Assembly: GCA_963783305.1 (NCBI GenBank)
Contig: CAWAMW010000016.1
Coordinates: forward strand, 288,001-352,000
Direction: 5' to 3'
From: an uncultured Gemmatimonadales bacterium
GTDB taxonomy: Bacteria; Gemmatimonadota; Gemmatimonadetes; Longimicrobiales; RSA9
DNA length: 64,000 nt
In this document: piece by piece, positions 8,997 to 18,114 of the stretch
Layout: every line of letters starts with the position of its first letter
How positions within the stretch are numbered: the first letter of the stretch is position 1
The notes under the pieces: generated by a model
What the model saw: the letters and a program-made list of their open reading frames with translations, nothing else
Told to the model about the DNA's origin: nothing
The model's database searches: none
Program-made: the position numbers and the translations under genes

Positions 8997-10832
8997 TCAG
9001 GCCACCCACTCCTCGCCTAGCGTGCTCGCGAGGCGGTCCACCGCCCGCACCAGATCCCGCGGACGGAACGGCTTCGGCAGGAACGAGGCGGGGCCGGGCA
9101 GCGGCCGGTCACCGCGGGCGAAACGATCCGACCCGGAGAAGAAGAGCACGGGCAGCATCGGGTCCGCCTCCCGGATCCGCTGGGCCAACTCCGTGCCGGA
9201 GCCGGAGCCGAGCGACAGGTCGGTCGCCAGCAGCGTGAACGGGGGGCCCGCGCAGTGGAAGCGCTCCAGCGCTCGCTCGACATCGGCGTACTCCTCCACC
9301 TCGTGACCGGCGCCGGTGAGAACGCGCCGCATCAGCGACCGGATCGGCTCCTGGTCCTCCACCAGCAGGATCCGCTCGCGCGTCCGCTTCCGCTCCTCAT
9401 GCGGCGTGCGCGCGGCCGGCGTATCGACCGCGGTGGCAGAGTCGGCGGCAGGGAAGTGAAGGTGGAAGGTTGTCCCCCGCCCGGGCGCCGACTCGATCCG
9501 GATCCGGCCTCCGCTCCGCTCGACGATCCCGTAGACGGTGCTCAGGCCGAGTCCCGTCCCCTCCCCCTTCGCCTTGGTGGTGAAGAACGGCTCGAAGACG
9601 CGACCCAGGGTGTCCTCGTCCATTCCTGCCCCCGTGTCCCTGATGGCCAGACTCGCCTCGCGCCTGCCATCGTCCGGATTCACCGAGGCTGCGGAGGTGA
9701 TGGTGATCGTGCCGCCGTGCGGCATGGCGTCCCGTGCGTTCACCACCAGGTTCAGCACCACCTGCTCGAGCTGACCGGCGTCCATGAGGACGGCGCCGGA
9801 TTCCGGATGAAGGTCCAGGACGAACTCGATCTCCGAGCCGATCACGCGATGGAGCATCTTTTCCAACCCCTCCACCACCGGGTTCAGCGGGATCCTTTCC
9901 GGGCGGCCCACGTCGGACGCCCTGCTGAACGCCAGGAGCTGCCGCGTGACGTGCGTGGCGAGATCGGCCGCCCGCTCGATCTCGCCCAGGTCCTCTCGGA
10001 GCGGGTCCCCCGGCGAGAGGGCCCGCGAGATCAGGTCCGCATGGCCCCGGATGGTCGTGAGCAGGTTGTTGAAATCGTGGGATACGCCGGCGGCCAGCCG
10101 GCCCATGGCGTCCATCTTCTGCGACTGCCGAAGCTGTTCCTCGAGAGCGCGCCGTTCGGTCATGTCCCGCGCCACGCCGAGAATGGCGCGCTCGCCGAAG
10201 TACAGCGTGGGGCTCAGCGTGATGTCCAGCGGAATCGGTCGACCTTCCCGTGTGCGGCCCCACCACTCGAACCGCTGCGGGTCCCCGTCGAGAGCCTGGT
10301 GCAGCCTGTGCTCGCCCGAGGCCAGGTCCACCCGGTCGGGCGCCGTGAGGTCCCCGAGCGTGCATCCCACGAGCGCGTTTCGGCTCATACCGAAGAGCCC
10401 AGCGGCCGCGGGGTTCGCCTCCATCACCTCGGCGTTGGTAGCCACGATGAACAGGGGCTCGATGCTGTTGTCGAACAGGTCGCGATAGCTCGTTTCGCTC
10501 TCCACCAGCGCCTGCTCCCGTTCCGCGACTTTTCGGCGCGCGGTGCGGAGCAGATGGCTCAGGAGCGTGATCAGGAGCGCGAAGACGAGCAGGAGCGCGG
10601 CCCGGACGCGGTCCCCGGGGTGGGCAATGGCCAGTGAGGCGTGCGGCGCGAGGATGGCATACGCCGCTCCCAGGACGGACACCAGAGACGCCGTGAATCC
10701 CGCCGGTACGCCACCGAACAGCGCGCTCCCCAGCACCACCACGAGGTAGAGGAGGAAGATGTTCTGGTGCAGAAGTGGCTGCGCGGCCGTGATGAGGCTT
10801 GCCACCACCGCCGCCGCCGCCGCGAGCAGCAC
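8997..10832 (-). CDS. Hybrid sensor histidine kinase (KdpD/DUF4118-like TM, PAS, HisKA, HATPase, receiver)
   Basis: HDFNNLL H-box, [30 protein letters not shown]-terminal receiver with KPF; start uncertain. Confidence 0.92.
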   Translation of the reverse strand: MLLAAAAAVVASLITAAQPLLHQNIFLLYLVVVLGSALFGGVPAGFTASLVSVLGAAYAILAPHASLAIAHPGDRVRAALLLVFALLITLLSHLLRTARRKVAEREQALVESETSYRDLFDNSIEPLFIVATNAEVMEANPAAAGLFGMSRNALVGCTLGDLTAPDRVDLASGEHRLHQALDGDPQRFEWWGRTREGRPIPLDITLSPTLYFGERAILGVARDMTERRALEEQLRQSQKMDAMGRLAAGVSHDFNNLLTTIRGHADLISRALSPGDPLREDLGEIERAADLATHVTRQLLAFSRASDVGRPERIPLNPVVEGLEKMLHRVIGSEIEFVLDLHPESGAVLMDAGQLEQVVLNLVVNARDAMPHGGTITITSAASVNPDDGRREASLAIRDTGAGMDEDTLGRVFEPFFTTKAKGEGTGLGLSTVYGIVERSGGRIRIESAPGRGTTFHLHFPAADSATAVDTPAARTPHEERKRTRERILLVEDQEPIRSLMRRVLTGAGHEVEEYADVERALERFHCAGPPFTLLATDLSLGSGSGTELAQRIREADPMLPVLFFSGSDRFARGDRPLPGPASFLPKPFRPRDLVRAVDRLASTLGEEWVA

Positions 10833-11022
10833 GGGCAGTGTCAGGCTCGCGGCGCGCGCGAGCCACGCTCCGTTATCTTCACGGACCTGAATGAGCCTGC
10901 TCCGGCTGAAGTGTTGCTGCGCGTTGGACCGTCCACAGTATCGACAGCCGGATCCGCCCCTTTAGCAGGTCACTGAAGGAGTCTGTGGCCGGAGCGACCG
11001 GTCGCCTGCGCGCCCTGTCGAT

Positions 11023-11064
11023 TCGCGTCGCTGCGCTCCTGGTCGATCGCGGGTCCCGCAGGGA
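11023..11064. repeat. Dispersed intergenic repeat; other copies at 31086-31115 and 31330-31345
   Basis: TCGCGTCGCTGCGCTC(G)CTGGTCGATCGCG and GCGGGTCCCGCAGGGA both recur near 31.1-31.3 kb. Confidence 0.7.
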
Positions 11065-11125
11065 TCGGCCCTCGACTCCGGCGGGAGAAATGGACGTCGG
11101 CGTGGAGTGTGCCTATTCTCACTCC

Positions 11126-11863
11126 ATGAGCAGCGAACGACAGGACCCGTACGACCTGGCTTTTGGCGCGGAGTCGATGGACGAGCGGCTCTTCCCGCCC
11201 ATCGCGGAGGAGGCGGAGGCGCGGGATCAGCCGCTGGCGGACCCGGACCGTTTCGTATTCCTGAGCAGTGTGGGGAAGCTCCTCCAGGCCATCGCCGGGA
11301 GCGAGCCGTACGAGGGCGGGAAGAGCCCGACGGAGGAGGATCGCGAAGCTGTCCGGCAGTACGGCCGGCTGTTGTTCCACGCCTTCCACTTCTGGCGTGG
11401 CGGCAAGGTTCGCCGTGAGGTGGGCGAGGACCGGCTCCGCTGGCTCCTGGACGACGTCACCACCGTGGGCGACTGGGAGCTCCGCACGCCCGCGGGCTCC
11501 GGCTACCTCCGGCTGCCCCGCAACCTGGTCTGGGCGGCCCCCGCGCCGGGGCTTCCGCCCGAGCCCGTGGACGGACTCTTCTGGATGCTCGCGCGCCCTG
11601 ATGACGGGCGGGCGGTCCGGCTCCACATCCTCCTGACCCTGGGCGTCCGTTCCGACCGCGCCGGGTTCAGCGTGATCCCGGCCACCGGCGTGCTGGATGA
11701 CGAACGCCACTGGGCCGAGGTGCAGGGGCGTGCGGACGGGACCGACTTCGAGACGAACCTTCCCGGCGGTGAGATGGACGATCTCTACTCCATCGAGACG
11801 GCGGCGGAAGCGCTGAAGCTCGCATCGCTGGCCTTCTGGGAGCTGGACCCTGCGAGTGGATAA
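11126..11863 (+). CDS. Hypothetical protein
   Basis: Strong GC3 bias; ATG at 11126; overlaps the polX start by 8 nt. Confidence 0.75.
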   Translation: MSSERQDPYDLAFGAESMDERLFPPIAEEAEARDQPLADPDRFVFLSSVGKLLQAIAGSEPYEGGKSPTEEDREAVRQYGRLLFHAFHFWRGGKVRREVGEDRLRWLLDDVTTVGDWELRTPAGSGYLRLPRNLVWAAPAPGLPPEPVDGLFWMLARPDDGRAVRLHILLTLGVRSDRAGFSVIPATGVLDDERHWAEVQGRADGTDFETNLPGGEMDDLYSIETAAEALKLASLAFWELDPASG

Positions 11864-13575
11864 GGCGGTGGCGGCCCTCGTCCTCGAGGAGATCGCCGCA
11901 CTCCTCGCCCTTCAGGACGCCGAGCCGTTCCGGGTCCGCGCCTATCGCACCGCCGCGCGCGCCGTGGATGACGCACCCGGCGACCTCGACCGGCTCCTGG
12001 CCGACAACGAGCTGGCGGAGATCCCCGGGCTGGGCCCCGGCACCATCAGCGTTATCCGGGAGCTCGTGGAGACGGGCCGGTCCGGGCTGTACGACCGGCT
12101 CCGCGCCGAGACCCCGGCGGGAATCGTCCAGCTCCGCGGCGTCTCCGGGCTCGGGCCGAAGCGCGTCCGCACGCTCCACGAGGAGCTGGGGATCGAGACG
12201 CTGGAGGAGCTCCGCGCGGCCGCGGAGAGCGGCCGGGTCGCTCGCCTGAAGGGCTTCGGCCCCGCCACGCAGCGCCGGATCCTCGATGGGATCGACTTCG
12301 TCGCCGAGAGCTCCGGACGACGCCGCCAGCCCCAGGCCCACGGGACCGCCCACCGCCTGGTCGCCCACCTCCAGACGCTCGACGTGCGCGAGGTGAAGCT
12401 GGCGGGCGAGGTCCGGCGCGGCTGCGAGACCGTCGGCTCGATCGACCTGCTGGTGGTGTCCGAGGACGCCAATGCGGTGCTCGACGCCTTCATCGGGCTG
12501 CCGCACCTCACGCTGGCGGAGCGACAGGGCGCTGACCGGGCCCGCGCGGCCATGGCGGACGGCGCCACCATCCGCATCCGCTGCGTGGCGCCCGACGAGG
12601 CGCCCGCCGCGTGGGTGGCCCAGACCGGCTCGCCCGCCCACGTCGCGCGCCTCGAGGAGCGCGCCCGGACGCTGGGGTTCCGGCTCGACGACCGCGGGCT
12701 CTGGCGCCAGGAGGGCGGCGAGCGCATCCCCATCGCGGACGAGGAGGCGCTCTACGCCGCGCTGGAGCTGGAGTGGGTGCCGCCGGAGCTGCGGGAGGGG
12801 ACCGGCGAGGTGGAGTCTGGCGGCGGACGGTCGTCTGCCCCGGCTCGTCCGCTACGAGGACCTCCGGGGCACCTTCCACTGCCACACCACCTGGTCCGAC
12901 GGGCGCGGCACCGTGGCCGAGATGGCCGAGGGCGCGCTGGCCCGCGGGTGGCGCTACCTCGGCATCGCCGACCATTCCGCCAACGCCAGCTACGCCGGAG
13001 GCCTCACGGTGGAGGAGGTGCGGCAACAGCAGCGGGAGATCGACCGCTGGAACGCAGACCGCGGCGGAGAGCTGCGCCTCTTCAAGGGCGTGGAGGCCGA
13101 CATCCTGAACGATGGATCGCTCGACTACCCCGACGACGTGCTCGACTCCTTCGACTACGTCGTCGGGTCCGTCCACTCCGCCTTCCGGATGAAGGAGGCG
13201 GAGATGACCCGGCGCATCACGCGCGCGATCGCGGACCCGCGCCTCACCATCCTCGGCCACCCCACCGGCCGGCTGCTGCTGACCCGCGAGCCGTACGCGG
13301 TGGACATGAACGCCGTGATCGACGCGGCGGCCGGAGCGGGCGCCGCCATCGAGATCAACGCCGACCCCCACCGCATGGACATGGACTGGCGCTACTGGCC
13401 CGCGGCCCGGGAGAAGGGCGTCCGCTGCGCCATCGACCCCGACGCCCACTCCGTGGCCGGCCTCGGCGCTGTCGTGTACGGCGTGTCCATGGCCCGGAAG
13501 GGCGGGCTGGAGCCCGCGGACGTCATCAACACGTGGGAGCTGGAGCGGGTGGAGTCGTACCTGGGAGAGCGATGA
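11856..13575 (+). pseudogene. polX: DNA polymerase X / PHP-domain protein, frameshifted (+1 T at about 12816; real lesion or assembly error)
   Basis: 5' frame has PFRVRAY, HhH motifs (IPGLGP, GLGPKR, KGFG), TGS..H and WVPPELRE. 3' frame has HCHTTWSDG, DHS, GVEAD, GSVHS, GHPTGR, EIN and DPDAH. Removing T12816 (gag[t]ctggcg) joins them as GEVELAADGRLP. Confidence 0.85.
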
Positions 13576-14273
13576 GCGACGAGAGGCGCAGGACCCGAAG
13601 GACCGACGCCGGTCGGCGCTTCGTCGGCGAGAAGAAGGCGGAGCGGATGGAGCGGGTGGAGGAGATCATCCGTCGCCTGTGGGAAGAGTACCCCGACGCC
13701 GAGACCTCGCTCGAGTACCGGAACCCGTACGAGCTCCTCACCGCCACCATCCTCTCGGCGCAGTGCACCGACGAGCGCGTGAACATGGTCACTCCGGAGC
13801 TCTTCCGGCGCTACCCCACGCCCCGCGACCTGGCGGGCGCCCGCACGGAGGACGTGGAGGAGATCATCCGCTCCACCGGCTTCTTCCGCCAGAAGACGAA
13901 GAGCCTCCTCGGCATGGCCGAGGCGGTGAGCCAGGAGCACGCCGGGGAAGTGCCCCGGACCATGAAGGCGCTGGTGAAGCTGCCCGGCGTGGGTCGCAAG
14001 ACCGCCAACGTGGTGCTCGGCAACGCGTTCGGAAAGGACGAGGGCGTGGTGGTGGACACCCACGTGAAGCGGCTCTCCGGCCGGCTCGGGCTCACCAGCC
14101 AAACCACCCCCGAGAAGATCGAGAAGGACCTCGTGCGGCTCGTGCCGAAAGCGTCGTGGACCGACCTGCCGCACCTGTTCATCTTCCACGGCCGCGCGGT
14201 CTGCAAGGCCCCCACGCCGCTCTGCGGGGAATGCATCCTCGCCGACATCTGCCCCAGCGCCCGGATCGGTTAG
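13572..14273 (+). CDS. nth: Endonuclease III
   Basis: ILSAQCTD, HhH LPGVGRKTANVV, VDTHV, and 4Fe-4S motif C-x6-C-x2-C-x5-C; ATGA overlap with polX. Confidence 0.95.
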   Translation: MSDERRRTRRTDAGRRFVGEKKAERMERVEEIIRRLWEEYPDAETSLEYRNPYELLTATILSAQCTDERVNMVTPELFRRYPTPRDLAGARTEDVEEIIRSTGFFRQKTKSLLGMAEAVSQEHAGEVPRTMKALVKLPGVGRKTANVVLGNAFGKDEGVVVDTHVKRLSGRLGLTSQTTPEKIEKDLVRLVPKASWTDLPHLFIFHGRAVCKAPTPLCGECILADICPSARIG

Positions 14274-14381
14274 GCGACGGCTCTGGTCCGCCCATCAGCC
14301 TGCGGCCGGCCGGACCCTACGCACGCTCCTTGCACGTTTTCACTGCGCCCGAATCACGGAAACGATGCACGGAGGCATACC

Positions 14382-14948
14382 ATGCCCGAACACGATCTCA
14401 GCGGAAAGAAAGTCGCCATCCTCGTTGCCCACGGCTTCGAGCAGGTGGAACTCACCGAGCCGCGAAAGGCGCTCCGGGACGCCGGGGCTGAAACCCATAT
14501 CGTCTCGCCCGTGGACGGGAAGGTGAAGGGGTGGAAGCACGACCACTGGGGCGACGAGATGGACGTGGACGTGGCGCTTAGCGACGCGAGCCCCGACGAC
14601 TACGACGCCCTCATGCTCCCCGGCGGTCAGATGAACCCCGACAACCTCCGGGGCGACCCCGACGCCGTCGCGTTCGCGCGCGCCTTCTTCCAGGCCGGCA
14701 AGCCCGTGGCCGCCATCTGCCACGGCCCCTGGCTGCTGGTCGAGGCCGACGTCGTGCGAGATCGACGGATGACCTCCTACCACACCATTCAGACCGACCT
14801 CAAGAACGCCGGCGCCGACTGGGTGGACGAAGAGGTCGTCGTGGACCAGGGTCTGGTCACGAGCCGCAACCCCGACGACATTCCCGCCTTCAATCGGAAG
14901 ATGATCGAGGAGATCGCCGAGGGGAAACACGCCGGCCAGACGGTGTGA
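14382..14948 (+). CDS. PfpI/DJ-1 family protein (type 1 glutamine amidotransferase-like)
   Basis: GFEQVEL, LPGG..NPD.LR, AAICHGPW and TSRNPDD motifs; GGAGG RBS. Confidence 0.93.
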   Translation: MPEHDLSGKKVAILVAHGFEQVELTEPRKALRDAGAETHIVSPVDGKVKGWKHDHWGDEMDVDVALSDASPDDYDALMLPGGQMNPDNLRGDPDAVAFARAFFQAGKPVAAICHGPWLLVEADVVRDRRMTSYHTIQTDLKNAGADWVDEEVVVDQGLVTSRNPDDIPAFNRKMIEEIAEGKHAGQTV

Positions 14949-14989
14949 AGACCGGCCGGTGAGCTGGGCAGGGTTTTTCAAAACCTTGT

Positions 14990-15076
14990 CACGAAGGACT
15001 CGAAGGGGCCGAAGGATTCGAAGAAAAGCGATAAATATTGTTTCTTCGAGATCTTCGACCTTTCGAGCTCTTCGTG
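14990..15076. repeat. Intergenic hairpin built from 9-bp periodic CGAAG/CTTCG units, followed by a T-run
   Basis: cacgaagga ctcgaaggg gccgaagga ttcgaagaa, an AT-rich loop, then ttcttcgag atcttcgac ctttcgagc tcttcgtg; T8 at 15084-15091. Confidence 0.7.
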
Positions 15077-15125
15077 TCACGCCTTTTTTTTCCTGCCATG
15101 CCACAAACCTGAATGAGGAGCAGAA

Positions 15126-15683
15126 ATGCCGACGCGTGAAGATGCCGTTGCGCTGCTGGAGGAGTGGGTCGAGAACGAGGGCCTGCGCAAGCACATGTAC
15201 TCCGTCGAGGCCGCCGTCCGGAGCTACGCCCGGGACCAGGGCGAGGACGAGGAGCTGTGGGGGCTGGCCGGTCTCCTGCACGACCTCGACTGGGAGAAGT
15301 ACCCGGACCAGCACCCGCTCAAGGCGGTCGAAGCGCTCCGGGCTCGCGGCTACCCTGAGGAGGTCCTCCACGCCATCCTCGCCCACCGCAGCGACTTCAC
15401 CGGTGTGGAGCCCGAGACGCCGCTGGACCGGACGCTCGTGGCCTGCGACGAGATCACGGGGCTGGTCATGGCCACCGCACTCGTCCGCCCCAACGGGATC
15501 GATGACCTGAAGCCGAAGTCCGTCAAGAAGAAGATGCGCGACTCCGCTTTCGCTGCTGGCGTCGACCGCGAAAGTGTCCGGTACGGCGCCGAGCTCCTGG
15601 GCATCGATTTCAATGAGCACATCGCCAATGTCATAGCAGCCATGCGGGGGATCGGCGATGAGCTCGGGCTGAGCAGGGGGTAG
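15126..15683 (+). CDS. HD-superfamily (HDIG-type) metal-dependent hydrolase
   Basis: KHMYSVE, LLHDLD, AILAH and ACDE motifs; GAGGAG RBS. Confidence 0.88.
   Translation: MPTREDAVALLEEWVENEGLRKHMYSVEAAVRSYARDQGEDEELWGLAGLLHDLDWEKYPDQHPLKAVEALRARGYPEEVLHAILAHRSDFTGVEPETPLDRTLVACDEITGLVMATALVRPNGIDDLKPKSVKKKMRDSAFAAGVDRESVRYGAELLGIDFNEHIANVIAAMRGIGDELGLSRG
15513..15683 (+). repeat. Left copy of a 171-bp diverged direct repeat (3' end of the HD gene)
   Basis: Colinear, without indels, with 22664-22834; 42 of 56 encoded residues identical. Confidence 0.9.
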
Positions 15684-16000
15684 GATCCGGTGACGGTGCC
15701 GCGGACACCGACGAGTGCGCCGGAGTGTCCGCGACGGTGTCCGCGACACGCTCCTGTCGCGAGAACCGTCGCGGGCGGCGGACTCCGACTTTGGCTCGAA
15801 TCTCCGCGTACGCTGCCTCAAAAATGCACGCCAAGTCGAAGCGCCGAGGATCTAATGCGCACCAGTGTTGACTTGCTCGTTACTGAGAGATAGCGTCCAG
15901 TCAGGATCTGTGCGTGGCAGCTGGCATGCCCACCCCCTTGGGCACAGACCTCGAAGCGGAATCACTCCAGGTTCGTGGGTTCCTACCGCAAGGCAGAAAC

Positions 16001-16529
16001 ATGCCCACACTCCGCAAAGAATGGCTGACGCCGGGGATCGCACTGGTAGCAGTGCTACTGGTGGGCGCGCTGGCGTACCCGAACCGGCTGCTGATGGCGG
16101 ATCTGGCTGACCTGCAGTACCGGCCTGGCCCGCACCCTGGACGGTGATTCCCTCCAGATCGTGAGCGGTGTGAGATCGGACCGACAGGTCCTGGTCCTGT
16201 TTACCACCACCTGCCAGTATTGCGCGGCATCGGTGCCGACGTGGAACCAACTCGCACAACGCCTTGAACTCGACGGGACGAGTTTGGTCGGGATCTCGCT
16301 CGACTCCGTGCCCGAAACGGAATCGTACAGGCGCACGCACGGCCTACAGTACCCGGTCATTACGTTTCCCCTCGAGAGTCTTCGTCGGATGTATCGAGCC
16401 CATTCCGTCCCGATCACCATGGTAGTCGCTGGTGACGGCCGGATTATCTATTCACGAATGGGAGTGTTGAGTGACGGTCCTGCGGCGGACTCCGTAATCG
16501 CAGCGGTTCACTGGCGCCCGGCCGAGTGA
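16001..16529 (+). pseudogene. TlpA/peroxiredoxin-like membrane-anchored CxxC thiol-disulfide oxidoreductase, frameshifted near 16095-16147
   Basis: First frame: MPTLRKEW plus a TM helix. Second frame: ARTLDGDS...VLFTTTCQYC...W...VGISLD...SVPITMVV..DGRI, i.e. a thioredoxin fold with CxxC and cis-Pro. Confidence 0.7.
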
Positions 16530-16624
16530 GGCGGGATTCTGCCGGAGCAGTAGTCACGAGCTGCCATGCTCCGGTCGGGGGGACGTACTTCGGCGTCCCC
16601 GGAACACACCACGCGGAGGTTCTC

Positions 16625-16873
16625 ATGACACAATGGTTGAAGCGAGTTGCAAAGAGCGCAGCAGTTGGCGCCGCGGCGTTAGTGCTCACTTTTGGGGCCC
16701 ACACTCTCTATGCATCCAGCGCTCCGATCTCGGCCTGCTCACCACAGGATCCCGGCTATCTGGGAACGTGTCCTACATACACGCCCGAGACGTGCGAAAT
16801 GGACTGTGAATTCTATTTCCAGACCGATGGCAATCAGTGCGTCGGCGGATGCTGTATCTGCCAGACGCGATGA
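16625..16873 (+). CDS. Secreted 82-aa cysteine-rich peptide with defensin-like (CS-alpha/beta) Cys spacing
   Basis: GGAGGT RBS, ATG at 16625, Sec-type signal (KR, hydrophobic core, LYA|S), 8 Cys spaced C-x10-C-x7-C-x3-C-x10-C-x3-CC-x-C; stop overlaps the next ATG. Confidence 0.8.
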   Translation: MTQWLKRVAKSAAVGAAALVLTFGAHTLYASSAPISACSPQDPGYLGTCPTYTPETCEMDCEFYFQTDGNQCVGGCCICQTR

Positions 16874-18114
16874 CTGATCCAACCGGGATCGCACGCGGCG
16901 CGAGTCACCTGGGGTTCGCGCTCCTGTTGGCCCTGGTGGCCGCGTGCGATCCCGGCGAAGTATCTGTGGTGGATGTGGATCGTCGCACCACGCCGCCGGG
17001 CGACACGCTGTACGTCACCGTCCTCCGCCCCGACGGAACGCCTGCCGCCGATGCGGACGTGGGCTATCTCACGGGCATGGGCAGCACGAACTTCGTCTGG
17101 GGAGAGGCTCGCACCGATGCCGAGGGCCGGGTTGCCCTCACCAACCTCGCCTCTGGCGGCATGTACTGGCTCGGGGCCGAACAGGAGGACGCGGAGCTGG
17201 GCGTGTTGGGAGGGGGGGAGAAGGCTCAAGGGCCGTCCGGCGGATCCGCGGAGCTCCTGATCGAACTGTCACCGCCGCGCACGTCTGGCGTGGTGATCAG
17301 CGAGGTGTACATGGACGCCCCTAACCCGTGGGAGACGGGGGACACCTACTACTACTACAGCAAGTACATCGAGCTGGCCAACAACTCGCCCGCGCCGCTC
17401 TACCTGGATGGAATGCTGATATTTACCGCGTACGCGTGGTGGTATGATGCCGGCGTGGCCGGTCACCACCGGTGCGAGGACACGGCCACCATGCGGAACG
17501 ATTCGCTGGGCGTGTGGTCGGAGGTGATCTGGCAGATCCCGGGCTCGGGCTCGGAGCATCCGCTGGGGCCGGGCGAAGCCGCCGTTCTGGCGGTTTCGGC
17601 CGCGGACCACACCGCCATCCATCCGACGTTGCTGGACCTCTCCGGCGCAAGGTTCGAATTCGGCGTCTCCGGTGTGGCTGACAACCCGGCAGCGCCCGAC
17701 CTGATCTGGCACGGGCCCAAGCCGCCGACATCCAGTGATTTCTCTCTGATCCATATGTACTGGGGAGTGGCTTCACCCGGTGACGTAGACTCGTTCGTCA
17801 GCAGGCCTGATCCGGGCGCTACCGGCCGCGTGGACGAGTACCGGCGGATTCCAGCGGACCTGGTCGAAGATGTGTCGTTCGTCTTCTGGGATCGGACCGG
17901 GTCGTACTCGCAGGCTCCGCCGCGGCCCGCGTGCGACCACCCGGTCCACCCGACGTTCGACCGACTACCGGGGGGGTTCCTCCTCGAGAGCGAGATCGAG
18001 TTCTCCGGCCAGCGCCGGTCCGTCACGGTGAACGGTCGCTCGCTCCTGCTGGACACGAACACGAGCTGGGTCGACTTCATGAAGGCGGAGCGGACGCCGG
18101 GGTGGCTGCCGTGA
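16870..18114 (+). CDS. DUF4876-like outer-membrane lipoprotein
   Basis: Lipobox LVAAC; VISEVY, KYIELANNS..PLYLDG and LDTNTS.VDF match my recollection of DUF4876 motifs. Confidence 0.7.
   Translation: MTDPTGIARGASHLGFALLLALVAACDPGEVSVVDVDRRTTPPGDTLYVTVLRPDGTPAADADVGYLTGMGSTNFVWGEARTDAEGRVALTNLASGGMYWLGAEQEDAELGVLGGGEKAQGPSGGSAELLIELSPPRTSGVVISEVYMDAPNPWETGDTYYYYSKYIELANNSPAPLYLDGMLIFTAYAWWYDAGVAGHHRCEDTATMRNDSLGVWSEVIWQIPGSGSEHPLGPGEAAVLAVSAADHTAIHPTLLDLSGARFEFGVSGVADNPAAPDLIWHGPKPPTSSDFSLIHMYWGVASPGDVDSFVSRPDPGATGRVDEYRRIPADLVEDVSFVFWDRTGSYSQAPPRPACDHPVHPTFDRLPGGFLLESEIEFSGQRRSVTVNGRSLLLDTNTSWVDFMKAERTPGWLP

Noticed and set aside
12800..12830. Programmed ribosomal frameshift in polX
   Set aside because: There is no slippery heptamer or homopolymer; a single inserted base explains the shift.
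11856..14273. An evolved 805-aa PolX-Nth fusion gene
   Set aside because: The middle region is the out-of-frame reading of an intact PHP domain, and nth has its own coupled ATG.
16625..16873. Ranthipeptide/sactipeptide or lanthipeptide precursor
   Set aside because: No radical SAM, LanM/LanB/LanC or peptidase-ABC exporter is nearby, and the leader looks like a Sec signal.
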